Shown: in pieces, positions 38,677 to 51,255 of the stretch | Numbering within the stretch: position 1 is the stretch's first letter | How the letters are laid out: each line of letters opens with the position of its first letter | NCBI GenBank assembly: GCA_012295275.1 | Contig: CM022665.1 | Coordinates: forward strand, 21,638,001-21,702,000 | DNA length: 64,000 nt | Direction of reading: 5' to 3' | Source: Chrysomallon squamiferum | Lineage: Eukaryota > Animalia > Mollusca | Translations under genes and position numbers: made by a program | The notes under the pieces: generated by a model | What the model was told of the DNA's origin: nothing | The model's input: only the letters and a program-made list of their open reading frames with translations | The model's database searches: none

Positions 38677-41600
38677 AATAAAAGAATAAATTAAAAAATT
38701 AAAAATTAAAAATTAAAAATTAAAATTAAAAAAAAAAAAAAAAAAAAAGAAAGAGACAAATTATCCAAATAAATAAATAAATAACTAAAATAAATAAATA
38801 CATTTTATTTTTTTGTGTATCGCTAGAATACTCTCGGTTGTAAAGTAGAGACAGTGGTTTCCTCCCAAAAGACAAACATCCCACAATGCAGACATGCCAT
38901 TTGATAGACAAAACTCTTTACTGAGTCATGTAATGTATCCGGTACACCCCTTACTGCTTTAGTGGTTCAGCTCCAGTCTGTTCAGCAAGCTACTGCTGCA
39001 GTGGAACAGCAGTGTTAATCAGTTAGTTGACTGACTTTACCAGTGTTGTTTTATATTGCACCTATTTAAAGTGTTTTCTTATATCTACTGATTTCAAACA
39101 AGCAACATCGAGAGCCTAATTGCAATCTGGTAAATGCAATTAATAAATCTACAAATAAATCTGTAAATACTGTATTCCCTAGCTATTCGCGGGGGTTACG
39201 TTCTTTACCCCCCCCCCCGCGAATAGCGAAAAACCGCGAATATTGGATGCAGTTTTAAAACGTCTATTATGAGATTATATACGGTACTAAATGCTTCCCA
39301 AACACTTTCTAAAGACACTCTTATTCATTAATACAGTAATAATGTAGTAATATTGCATGCAGTTATGTAAATCACTAATGTAGTAATGATAATGTAAACA
39401 CATTTTAATTTTGTACTGAAACAATATTTTAATCAGAAAGAAACGTAAGTACAGGAGGACAGTAACACCGCATAGCATAGTTACCCATACTGTATTACTG
39501 TACCGTAAAGTCATTTTCTATGCGTACAACATATGTATTAGAATTGACAGAAAGTGGAACAAATTTAAAGGCAAACAGACAGATAAATACAGTACGCACA
39601 GTTCAGGTAATAATAATACAATTCAGTAATAATATGCAATTAAAAACATTATTAATACACGGTCACAAAAATATGCACTGTACATACAGTGTATGCATTT
39701 ATAAAAAAAATACATACTGTATTGCAATAATAATTGAAAAAATTTGATATTGTTTGTGCGGTTTACCGAGCATTTGTTTTTATGACGTTATGACGCTCGC
39801 CTGGTATACCAGCATACGATGCGATAGGGTTAAGAGCCTAACCCGCGAATATGCGGGGCCGCGAATGGGGAACCGCGAATAGGTGAGGGTATACTGTACA
39901 TCCAATTTTATATTAAATTTTGTTCTGTGTTTTGTATTTAGTTGTATCAGCCTATTCCATTATTTATTACCTGTATTATTCAAGGTAAACGGCAAGTGAT
40001 TAGTAATGCGCTCAACCGTGTCGTTTTAATGCGTCTGCCTTATGGGACACCGAGATAATAGTAGACGTTGGATATGAAAACAATAACAGCAACATTTTAA
40101 CAACAAGACAGTATTCATAAATTTTAGATATTAGTAAGGCAAATGCTCGGACAATCAATAGATTACTTTTAGCATTTGAGGAAAACACGATTTAAAAATT
40201 AGAACGATACATAAATTAAAATAAAATACAAGGTTTATCAATGAATACAAGATTACACATTAAGAGATAAAATTTATTATTTTTAGTTAACTACATTTAC
40301 TTATCGTAACGTGAATTATTTTTTTTTACAAAATCCCTTTAAGTCTGAGTTTATAAAACAGACGGCAAAACGTTACGCAGACATTTATTATTACTGATCG
40401 CTAAAATAATACTATTAATTTTACAATTACGAAAATGAGATTCCACAAAAAACAAACATTCCTGCCAAAAGGATCTTTCACGAAGACTGAACTCGATTGA
40501 CCCATGTAGCCTGGAATTCAAAATTATTTTATTTCATGTGATGTTTACAACGGGCCTTCACAGCGTTGAACGACCAGAATGTTGTGTTACAGTTTCTCAA
40601 ATACAGGGATATGATATGAGATGGTTTCACAGTAAAGGGCCACGTAACCACGCAGAAGAGTCCATGGTGCAGTCGTGGAAAGAATTCATAGAACAGTCTA
40701 ACAGGCATCGTGTAACCATCAGAGTTTTCCAGAATTACAGCCCGTGTGGGAAATGTTGTGACTTGATAACTGACTTTGTCAAGAAGATGCGAGACAAGGG
40801 AATCACTGTGAATATCAGAATAACATTTGCTGGGTTATATAAGATAAACAAGAATCTACGAAATCCTCAAGGTTATAAGAATCACTTCACTCTGGAGATG
40901 CACCAGAAAAATGTTCGAGGTCTGCAGCGAGTAACTCAGTATATACAGCTGACATCATTTGAAAATGACGACTGGGAGGAGTTAAAAACTTTACTGAACT
41001 TAAATGATTATTTATATCCCATAGAATTAGATCTACGTCATGAAAGAAAGATAACTGATAAATCAAACAAAGTAATTCTGTATTTAATTACACACGAAAT
41101 TCAGAATACAGAAATAAACTCAATCAATAGTTCTTCAGGTAACTCCCCAATAAATATATATAATATTATATGAATTAATTATTGCATTTATTATCCGAAT
41201 TAATAAAGATATTTTTTTATACGCATTAATAATTGGATTTTTTTTTAATGAATTAATAATTGTATAATAATTGTGTTCGTTACATGAATGAATAATTGTA
41301 TTTATTATTTGAATTAATTATTGCATTTACTAAGCGATATAACACGAATTTTTTAAACGAATTAGTTATACATATCTATAGTTGTATAATTATTCTATTT
41401 GTTATATGAATGAATAACTAATTATTTATGAATAAATAATTGTATTTTTATGTGAATGAATATATGCTAAACAAATGAATATTTGTATTTTGTTTTGTGA
41501 AGGAATATATGACATAAAAATCAATAATTCTATGTCATATAGAAAAATAATTTCATTTGTTGTAAGAATGAACAACTGAATTAAACTCATCAATGTATAA

Positions 41601-41977
41601 TATTTGTACTTGAGAAAAGTGTAAATAATTGTTATTTGTGATATATGTAGTATTATAATTAGCTGATATAACTGTTGCATGATTTTAATGTGTGTTTTGT
41701 AAATATGGACATAGGTCCAGTGATTTAGTTTTTCATGTTATTTAGATGTATTATTATAATTAACTAATATAACTGTAGTCTGAATTAATGCATGTGTTAT
41801 AAAGAAGGAATAAGGTTTAGTTTTTCCTGTTATTTCAGTTATTGTCAGGTAGTTTTAGTGTTCGACATATCTAACTTGCATGTTAAACTAATTGTAAAAT
41901 CTTTTTCACATAACTGATTTTGTTTCTCTACTCTCAGTAGTTTCTACAAATATTTTTACATATTTACAACGATCCAT

Positions 41978-42009
<32 letters not shown>

Positions 42010-42138
42010 TAATTAATTAAAACATTTAAAAAATAAAAATGAATTAAAAAAATTCTCTAATTATTTGTTGTCTTCTTGTTTAATGTTTATATGTAAAAGT
42101 CACAATCTGCATGCGTTGTGATTGTGTATAAAGGTTTT

Positions 42139-42210
<72 letters not shown>

Positions 42211-44166
42211 ATATATAGAAATATGTATAGAGAGAAAGAAAACAGATATACATAGAGAGATGGGCAGACAGAAAGAGAGACATCTTAATTATGTAATCCA
42301 ATAACCATTTAAAATGTTTTGAATTGTCGCTATCGTTCTGATTTACGTTCATGAATAAAGGGCTGTTACTGTAATCGTAATTATAGTTTCATACTTAAGC
42401 AGGTAGAAATATTATTTAGACAGAATGTATACCACATATTATATATTACTACTACTACTACTACTACTACTACTGCTGCTAATACTACTACTACTATTAC
42501 TACTAATGATAATAATAATAATAATAATAATAAATTTATTGCAAACTTATGAAGCAGCCTGTATGTATTTAGAGTACATGAAATATAAATGGAATTCGTA
42601 TTTAAACTTAGATCCTATTGTCAGGCTGCTTTTTTATATTTTAAAATCTGAAACATTGTGGATAATTTTATTTCAATCTGTACAACTGGTTACTGCTTCT
42701 ACTCTACTACTACTACTACTACTATGCTTCTACCACTACTACGACTACTACTACTTCTTCCACTACTAGTAAGGTTGATGCTACTACTAGTACTAGTTAT
42801 TACCGATGCTACTTCTGATTAAAAACATACCTTGTATAGTGATCACTTCTGAGTCAACAGAAATGGCAACAGTTCCAAGATCCCGGAGAACATTGTTTCG
42901 TGTGCGAACAACGCTTTTTAATCTCTCTATGCACGTGCTATGAAGCATGAATGTGAGAAGTAGACTATTGGCGGGTTCCAGACCACACAAAAACACGAAT
43001 TCAGGCGGAACAAACAACAAACGAGCAACGTTGGCGCGCATGTCTTCTAGGTCTTTCCGGTGAAATTTTCTTAGGCTTCCCTTTACATGAAATTTTACGT
43101 GTCTGTAGCCATTTTCTGAATAAGAAAAAAAAAATCAGTGAGAGTCTTTGCAGTCATGAAGATCTCCTTGTGTTTCTGACCAGCTTACATATAACGTAAT
43201 CCCATCGTAATCACTACGTTACAGTTTGGTTGGATTTTGGCTATAAAGACAGTGATGTAAAAATAACGTAATTATAACGTAATAATGTCAATTAGGCAGT
43301 CTCAGCTTTCTCAGTCTATTTCTGTATTAATAATGCAAAATAACAAAGATACTTGTAATATACTTTTAGCACATGATCTACTTCTACTACTGCTGCTGCT
43401 GCTACTGCTAATATGCTACTACTACTGTTACAATTGCTGTTACTACTGCTAATACTGTAACAACTACTTTGACTAAATATTATTAATTCCACTAGCAATA
43501 CTACTCCTACTATCTCTAATACTGCTACTACGACTGCTACGCTGCTTCTGCAACCACCAGCACCACTACTGCTACTACTACAACCACCAGTAGTGCTAGT
43601 GCTACTCATACTGCTACTGATACTAACACTACCACTACTGTTGTTATTAATAAATAATATGTTAGAAGTGATAACGCAGTAGTCATGAACTTCGCCAGTT
43701 AGCTTTGATGAGAAACACCGGCAATGACTGGAATCTAATTACGCAACAGTAATCGAACAGACGGTTTTAAATACTACTACTACTATTACTACTACTAATT
43801 CTACTACTACTACTACTACTACTACTAATAATAATAATAATAATATTAATAATAATAATAGTTAAAAATAAACCAACCCGGTTCCCTGCTGGGTGCGTAG
43901 AAATACAGGGTGTCACCAGCCTGGCTGGCGTAATCCGCTGCAATGTCGATGAGATCACTTCTACCCACGTGCCAGAGGAAAGCCTGAAGGAGCAGCAGGT
44001 TGTCTCGGGAAAGCATGCTTCGTTCACGGAGATACGTGAATAACTTTTCAGGAGAAGACAACTTTTCCAGAACATTCTTAGGTATCCCGGCATGACCTGT
44101 GGTTAAAATAAATAAATAATAATAATAATAAAAAGGATGATACTACTACTACTAATGGTAATAATA

Positions 44167-44249
<83 letters not shown>

Positions 44250-44632
44250 TTTTAAATAATAACCAAGTGTAACAATATAAAAGTGGATTTTAAAAACTTA
44301 ATTAATTAAAATTAAAAGAAAAGAATGAAAACACAGAAAGCAAAACAACAGCAAAGCAATAACAAAGAAATCAGACTCGACAAAGACAGAAGATCAACCA
44401 AAACAGGGCGGTTCCTAAATTTATGTAATTCTCCAGCCCCTCGCTAAGCTCTAATTAGAAGAGGAAACACTCATAATTATTACATACAAAATAAAACTGA
44501 CGTCAAACCTGAGCAAAGAAATTTTATAGAATCAAAATCATCACGGTCTAATTGTTTGGCTATTTTCAGCAACACTATGTTCAGCTCCCAGTCATCACTC
44601 GGTATCCATGAGGATGATGACGCCATGGTCAT
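31204..44632 (-). CDS. Death-effector-domain (DED)-containing protein, about 303 aa: N-terminal DED-like domain, central alpha/beta domain (possibly TRADD-N-like), acidic linker, coiled coil
   Basis: Exons 44509-44632 (MTMASSSSWIPSDDWELNIVLLKIAKQLDRDDFDSIKFLCS), 43878-44096 (GHAGIPKNVLEKLSSPEKLFTYLRERSMLSRDNLLLLQAFLWHVGRSDL...), 42831-43115 (ENGYRHVKFHVKG...GLEPANSLLLTFML...) and 31204-31487 (EEENDDEEEDD...LEDGRIII*). All junctions are phase 1, GT-AG. LLxIAxxL...IKFLC, LFxxLxxxxxLSxDNL and RxDL are DED hallmarks. Joining the last exon across 11.3 kb is inferred from phase and the absence of a nearer terminal exon. Confidence 0.82.
32611..32946 (+). promoter_or_regulatory. Promoter module of deaminase copy 1: two kappaB-like sites, IRF/ISRE-like site, TATA box
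   Basis: GGAAAGCCCC 32611-32620 (reverse complement GGGGCTTTCC fits GGGRNNYYCC); GGGAAAACCC 32670-32679; CCCTTTCAGTTTT 32923-32935 (reverse complement AAAACTGAAAGGG); TATAAAA 32940-32946. Confidence 0.6.
33036..33740 (+). CDS. AID/APOBEC-like Zn-dependent cytidine deaminase, copy 1 (234 aa, intronless CDS)
   Basis: HAEE (33249), x28, NYSPCGKC, then IRITFAGLY, NVRGLQRV, DW: the order and spacing of the APOBEC fold. Start set at the ATG shared by copies 1, 2, 3 and 5 (an alternative ATG lies at 33030). Confidence 0.92.
   Translation: MGLYNKQTLLPKDLLRRLNSIDPCSLEFKILLFYVMYTTGLDSVERPKCCVTVSQIQGEDMRWFHSSGSGNHAEEFMVQSWKEFIEQSKRHRVTIRVFQNYSPCGKCCDLITDFVKKMRDKGITVKIRITFAGLYKINKNLRNPQGYKNHFTLEMHQKNVRGLQRVTQYIQLTSFENDDWEELKTLLNLNGYLYPIELDLRLERKTTDILNKKILYSCYTRNSEYRNKLQNKYI
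35526..35863 (+). promoter_or_regulatory. Promoter module of deaminase copy 2
   Basis: GGAAAGCCCT near 35527; GGGGAAACCC 35587-35596; CCCTTTCAGTTTT 35840-35852; TATAAAA 35857-35863. Confidence 0.55.
35953..36621 (+). CDS. AID/APOBEC-like deaminase, copy 2 (222 aa, intronless CDS)
   Basis: Tandem duplicate 2917 bp downstream of copy 1; HAEE and SPCGKC intact. Confidence 0.92.
   Translation: MGLYNKQTLLPKDLLRRLNSIDPRSPEFKTLLFHVMITTGLHSVERPKCCVTVSQIQGDDMRWFHSSGSGNHAEEFMVQSWKEFIEQSKRHRVTIRVFQNYSPCGKCCDLITDFVKKMRDKGITVNIKITFAGLYKINKNLRNPQGYKNHFTLEDHLENVRGLQRVTQKIQLTSFGNDDWEELKTLLNLNDYLYPIELDLRLERKITDILNKIILYLITHEI
38852..40052. mobile_element. Non-autonomous TIR element with 3-bp TSD (AGA), inserted upstream of deaminase copy 3
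   Basis: The empty site GTAAAGTAGAGATAATAGT is seen in the inverted paralogous flank (about 56425-56445). Here it is split as GTAG-AGA[CAGTGG...ACACCG]AGA-TAATAG. Imperfect TIRs: TCCCAAAAGACAAAC vs TCCCATAAGGCAGAC. Confidence 0.7.
39170..39896. mobile_element. Tc1/mariner-superfamily (Tigger/pogo-like) MITE nested in the previous element
   Basis: TA-flanked; imperfect TIRs CTGTATTCCCTAGCTATTCGCGG and CCGCGAATAGGTGAGGGTATACTG; subterminal CCGCGAAT repeats. Confidence 0.8.
40435..41173 (+). pseudogene. AID/APOBEC-like deaminase, copy 3; +1 frameshift after codon 11 (catalytic region open from ATG 40541)
   Basis: CCA AAA GGA TCT versus CCA AAG GAT CTT in the paralogs; premature TGA at 40498-40500. 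HAEE and SPCGKC are intact downstream. Could be a homopolymer assembly error. Confidence 0.8.
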
Positions 44633-44898
44633 GTCATGCAGATAATTTATGCTTTCCCCATAAAAAGATCCTTAAACTGCTTGCTCATAGCTTTTCAAAA
44701 ACTGGGATCTAAAATTGATAAGCATAAGTTATAAAGGACAGTGTTTGATAATTTACAACAACCAGTGGTTTTCCCTTTTTGTTTGTTTGTTTGTTTTGTT
44801 TGTTTTTCCGTGATTTTAAACCTCTCCAGCGTGTGTGTGTTCTTTGTGTGTGTGTGTGTGTGTGTTTACAAAAAGTATTCTCTATAATTAAGTAATTT

Positions 44899-45005
<107 letters not shown>

Positions 45006-45088
45006 CTGTTCAGCTGATTACCTACCTATATACCTCTACCAGTCTTTACTGTGAGCGTTTGACTGTCCATCTACCCACATAATATATA

Positions 45089-45897
45089 CCGTATATACTT
45101 GTGTACAAGGCGACCTTATGTATAAGTCGATGTGTATTTTAAGACCAAAAATTGCGTCATTTTAGGTATTACTTGTGTATAAGTCGACTGTAGATTCCAG
45201 GCACCGTCACTATTTTTAGACCAGTGTGACAGTGCCATGGAGGCCTACATTGTACGCCTACTGTAACATAACTTGCACGAGCTGTAACTTGCACGAACAT
45301 ACCATAATAACGTAAATGCATGTATTACACGAGCTATAGCCTAAATGTATCATAAATAGTATCTCTTTAATGTAATAGGTCTAACATGGAGACCTAACTT
45401 ACCGTTATATTTAGCCGTTCTATGATTTACAAAATTTGTCGGTAGTGGATATTAATGACGATTGCAATATTATTTCACCAAATTCTTTACAATTACACAA
45501 GTGAGTTTTGTTTATGAAATTAGGACCGATATTTAGTGCAATTTGGCAGAGAAGTCTGCATTCCTAGATCATTGCAAGACGCCGTAAGACATAACGCCGT
45601 ACTGACGGTTTTCTCGCTTTAAAATGTATTTTTATGTCATTAAACGGAAGAATATCATGTTTTACATTCATATTTGGTTTTGTTATTTAATTTTTCAAAA
45701 ACTTTTATACGATAAAATTATATTTTTGAAAAGCTGAAAGACCGCGATTATTTTAGATGCATCCCGTAGCAAAAAATAGTCAAAATGGCGACTCTTCAGC
45801 AACAGCTACAAAAGCATTACCTATCTATAAGTCGACCCCCAAAATATTACCTTAATATAGTCTCCCAAAAATTTGACTTATACACAAGTATATACGG
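45089..45897. mobile_element. Tc1/mariner-superfamily (Tc2/pogo-like) MITE, 809 bp
   Basis: TA TSD; TIRs CCGTATATACTTGTGTACAAG and CTTATACACAAGTATATACGG; internal TATAAGTCGAC subterminal repeats. Confidence 0.9.
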
Positions 45898-45986
45898 TAT
45901 ATTATATAAAAATGTATCCACGTATTAAGGTGTTGCATTTAAACTATAAACCATAGTCATATCTAAAGATTTTTTTGATTTATTAA

Positions 45987-46024
<38 letters not shown>

Positions 46025-46971
46025 CACAGTGAACATTCAAGTCAGGCAAACCGCACGCAATATCTTTTTGAAGAGACAGACACGAGTACACGGTTATCTG
46101 ATATTCATTTTGTTTTTACAAATTTCACAGCCAGTCCGTGTACACAGCATCTTGTGCATAGAGAGGTATGGCTGGCCATAAGGGTCATGTTTCACGTTAG
46201 TCATGATGTGATTAAAATAATATAATAAATCTGCGCATGTCTTAATTACATTAATGTGTGGTTAATTAGGTGAACAAGTTCAATTTAATTATTTAACGCA
46301 TATCTGTACAATACGTACTAAAAGCTTTGTTACTCAACATTAACTCTCTTTAAACTGTTTACAATAATAATTAATTTTTTGCATGTGGTAGCTATTTGGC
46401 GATTATCAACTGCTTTTTAAATGTTCGACTCAAAAGCTGATAATAACTGGACAGCTATTTCACAGAATAATAATAATAATAATATAATAAGTTAATAGAC
46501 ATGCAGGTGTGACATGATCTCAACGACCTACCATATCATTCGTGACCCTTGGCCTATCAAATTGCAGTAACGTGATTTTGTCGTGACCTATAAAATTCTA
46601 CTTGGGCTGCGTTTTATAAATTTTTCTTAAGGAAGAACAAACCGGAACATGACGTATTATAACGTTGCTGTCGTTGTTGTTGTTGTCGTTACTACAACTT
46701 CTGATGCTGCTACTATTACTACAGTTACTACTACTACGATGACTACTCATTACTATTATTATTATTGCTATTATTATTATTGTTGTTGTTGGTGGTGGTG
46801 TTACTATTAGTGATAGTAATAGTAGTAGTGAATTAACAGTCACACAGTTACATGAACAGCAACAACAACAATAATAGCAATAACAATAATAATAATAATA
46901 ACAACAACAATAATAAATAATAACAGCAACAACTACAGCAGTATTAATAATAATAATAATAATAAACGTAC

Positions 46972-47650
46972 CTCGAAGTTTTATGTCACGGATGAACGGG
47001 TACTGTGTGACTGTTTCTAGCGTGATCTTGTCTTAATTTAAACTTTTCTTAAATTTATATATATATATCCTGAGAGAAACCCATTTATCGAACTGTCTGA
47101 TCTGACTCACGAGGTTAGAAGAAAAAAAAAAAAAAAAAAACAACACTTATCCGTTTTTCGTTTACCGGAGGTCACAGCACGATTCAACAATACTGTTAAG
47201 TTAATCCATGCGTTAACTCTACCGTAAACATTCTAAACTAATGTATTCTCTTGTTGTTGTTGTTGTTATTATTATTGATATTATTGTAATTATTATTAGT
47301 AGTAACAGTAGTAGTAGTTTGAGTTATTATTATTGTTACTACTATTATTACTACTGCTACTCTTGCTGCTATTACTATTACTACTAGTATTAGTACTAGT
47401 AGTAATAATAGTACTAGTACTAGTAGTAGTAGTAGCAGCAGCAGCATTAGTAGTAGTAGCAGCAGCAGCAGCAGCAATGGTAATAATTTTATTGTAAAAT
47501 TTCATAGCAGAGAATATATACATATATATATATATATAAGTATCACATATAAAATGCTTATTTCACCGCACGCTCAAAAGAGTTTTTTTTAATGATTCAA
47601 ATACCTCAGTCGTCATTGTGAGTCAACGTCTGACGTAAGCATGACGTCGG
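46972..47650 (-). promoter_or_regulatory. Possible 5-prime UTR exon and promoter of the DED gene
   Basis: Donor-like GAG|GTACGT at 46971; acceptor TTTTAG near 44710 upstream of the ATG; AP-1 TGAGTCA 47619-47625; CRE-like TGACGT at 47631 and 47642. Confidence 0.3.
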
Positions 47651-49243
47651 CGTGATGCATGGTTAACATTACATATTAAAACTTAAAATTGATCGGTTAA
47701 TGGGGCTCTGCGGTTATGTAACAGAAGCATACATACATGCATACATACATACATAAACACATAAATACATACATACATACCTACATACATACATATATAC
47801 ATACATACATACATACATACATACATAAACACATACATATATACATACATACATACATACATACATACATACATACATACATACATACACACATACATAC
47901 ATACATACATACATGCATACATACATAAACACATAAATACATACATACATACATACATAAATAAATACATATATATATATACATACATACATACATACAC
48001 ATATGAATACATTTTGTACATACACATATCTACATTATATATATACATATATATAAACATAACGTGGGTAACGTCGTCCGCCTTCGCAGTGCAGGCAAAT
48101 CGGTGCCATACATTTGATTCTCGTCAACGGCATCTGACAGGTTTGTTAGGTCGCCAGTACGTTCCCGAATATTGTTTATGTGCAGCTGTGCATAAGACAG
48201 AGAATATTCTAATCCTAAATTACATACATACATACACACATATGTACATGTACACATGTATACACATACACAAACATACTTACACACATACAAACACTAC
48301 AATTAGTACTAATATTACTGTTACTATTATTACTGATATTACCATCACTAATACCACTACTATCATTCTGTTACATCCACTATTAAAACAACCATTACTA
48401 ATATTACAACAACTACTTATTTTGTTACAGCTGTACCCTTATTATTGACTCAATTACTACTATACTATTATTTCTACTACTACTGCCACTACTACTACTA
48501 TTATTACTGCTGCTGTTGCTGCTACTGCTATTATTCTAAAATAAAAAATCTGCGAATTTTTTTATGGATCGTTGCAAAATATGTAAAAATATTTGTAAAA
48601 AATATACGATATAAAGGCCGTAAAGTAACACTGTACAAAAATAAAATGTATCTCAAATATTTTACTTGAGATAATTATTATTTTTCTGAAACAACATCAT
48701 TAAAACATGTAACCAAGGCCTGCATCAGGGGAATCATTTTAGCCAACTCAGTGTAGATGAAATATGTTCAAAGTGTTACAGAAATGTAACGTAATTCCAA
48801 AGAATATTACCAATCGCGATATCTGCCTGTTGCCTATATAAGCCGAAATTTAATTTCAGAGGGAATGAAATTTATTTTAAATTACGTAATGTGTTCTCCA
48901 AATAAAGTCTGCAGTATGTACTGAGTATATAGATCTGAGGCTACCATGGTAACATTCTTACACAAGACACATGAAAACCTCCTATTCATTTTCACTGAGC
49001 CATTTAACTTTTTTTTTTACTAATTATGTTCATATTCATGTATACATATATGATTTCTTAAAGCAGTCAATTCTAGACGTTTTAGATATATTTATTAACT
49101 ATCTGCTGCTGCTGTTGTTGCTGTTGCCTTATCGTCATTATCATCAGCATCTGCTTTATTAACAATTTCACAACAGAAATTACAAATATACATCGAAAAA
49201 AAAATGTATTTATTCAAAATCGACAAATAGTTTAACATGCAAG

Positions 49244-49279
<36 letters not shown>

Positions 49280-49440
49280 ACACTAAAACTACTTGACAAT
49301 AACTAAAATAACAGGAATGACTAAACCTTTGTTCATCTTTATAACATGTACATTAATTCAGACTACAGTTATATTAGTTAATTATAATAATAGGGAATTT
49401 TTTAAATTCATTTTTGTTTTATTTATTTTATTTATTATTA

Positions 49441-50181
49441 TTAATGAGAGTAATAGTAATAAAAGATTTTCATTAGTAAACTGTATAGTTCAAAAGACGG
49501 TTGCTTAATATTGTATTTCGAGAGGATGAAACCAATCGCAAGATCGGCCTTTTTCCTATGACGTAATACATTGAATTCCACAGGCAATTGTCTATATCCT
49601 AAATTCAGTAAAGCTTTTAACTCTCTCCAGTCGTTGGGTTTAAATGAAGTCAGCCACATACACTGACTGAGTTTCTGCAGACCTTGAATATTTTTCTGGT
49701 GCATCTCCAGAGTGAAGTGGTTCTTATGACCTTGAGGATTTCGTACATTTCTGGATATGTGGTATAACCCAGCAAATGTTATTATGATATTCACAGTGAT
49801 TCCCTTGTTTCTCATCTTCTCGACAAAGTCAGTTATCAAGTCACAACAGTTACCACACGGGCTGTAATTCTGGAAAACTCTGATGTTTACAGAATTCCTG
49901 TTAGACCGTTCTATGAATTCTTTCCACGACTGCACCATGAACTCTTCTGCATGGTATTTTCGTCCAATGTTGTGAAACCACCTGAAACCAGCTCCCACTA
50001 CGTGAGAAACCACAATACAGAAACCAGGCGGCGGCACAGCATCCAGACCTGTTGTATGTATAATCCAGTAAATTAAATAATTACAATAAAAACTTAAAGG
50101 TCTCCGTCTCAACAATTCATCTAACAACGGGTTAATTTTTAATTCAGTTCTTTCTTCTTTAATTTTTCTTAAATCTTCCAT
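49441..50181 (-). CDS. AID/APOBEC-like deaminase, copy 4 (246 aa, most divergent paralog)
   Basis: HAEE-x28-SPCGNC, IIITFAGLY, NIQGLQKL, NDW; distinct N- and C-termini; open from ATG to stop. An acceptor-like TTTCAG near 50245 suggests a 5-prime UTR intron. Confidence 0.92.
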   Translation of the reverse strand: MEDLRKIKEERTELKINPLLDELLRRRPLSFYCNYLIYWIIHTTGLDAVPPPGFCIVVSHVVGAGFRWFHNIGRKYHAEEFMVQSWKEFIERSNRNSVNIRVFQNYSPCGNCCDLITDFVEKMRNKGITVNIIITFAGLYHISRNVRNPQGHKNHFTLEMHQKNIQGLQKLSQCMWLTSFKPNDWRELKALLNLGYRQLPVEFNVLRHRKKADLAIGFILSKYNIKQPSFELYSLLMKIFYYYYSH

Positions 50182-51180
50182 TTCTTCTGCTTCTTTCCAC
50201 TTTTCTTATTTCTTTTTTTTTTTTCTTTTTATTCCTGTTGTTTCTGAAATGATGTCACAGAACAAGTTTATTCATTAATTGTTTTTTTATTTCATTTCAT
50301 TTTATTGTATTTCATCTTATTTTATTTTAACTTTTTTTTTTACAATATTTAATCAAATTTTGATTCAAATAGCAAGTTTTAAAGGTTTCTCTGTTTTAAA
50401 TATATATATATATATATATATAAAATTTTGATTGTATGTATGTATGTTTTATGTGTATGCACACACATACAAATGCGCTGTCACATACAAATATTCGTAC
50501 ATACATCTATTTCTTGAGTCAAATCAGACGTACAAAAGACAGAAAATATTAAGAAACCTAAAATACATACATACATACATACATACGTACTTACACACAT
50601 ACACACATATATACATACAAATGAAACCAAAATTAATCAGTTAATACAAAAAACACCAAAATTAATTAATTAAACTTTCTGAAAAAAATAAGAAAACCTT
50701 TTTCTCCCAAAACCAGCCGAGGACATCAACAGTACAAGGAATATCTGACTAAAGATCACAGATTTCCTATTAGTCATCGAACGTGAAAGTGAAAATAAAT
50801 CAACAAACAGATCAGAGAAGAAATGTGAATTTTTTTATCGAGACTGCTATTGGAATTTTAGTTATCCGGGAGTGGCATGTAACAAATTCACATATAAAAC
50901 ATACTAACACATCTATATTTACATAAAAACAAGTATATATATATAAACATACAAACATAGAAAAAAAACAAACAAACATACAAGTCAACCAATGCCGAGC
51001 AAACATACAAGATCACACAAACATGATAAATCGAAACACACATATAAACAAAGATACAAACAAAAAACACAAACAAACGTACAATTTTGACTGAAATAGG
51101 AAGTTTTAAATATATGTAGCAAATGCGCCATCATACAAACATACATAACACATAACCTACATATATATATATATATATAC

Positions 51181-51255
<75 letters not shown>

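Noticed and set aside
34020-41680. Three similar antisense ORFs (34020-34292, 36919-37224, 41426-41680)
   Set aside because: They lie in the AT-rich duplicated 3-prime flank of the deaminase unit, their frames shift between copies and the composition is not protein-like. Similarity comes only from the duplication.
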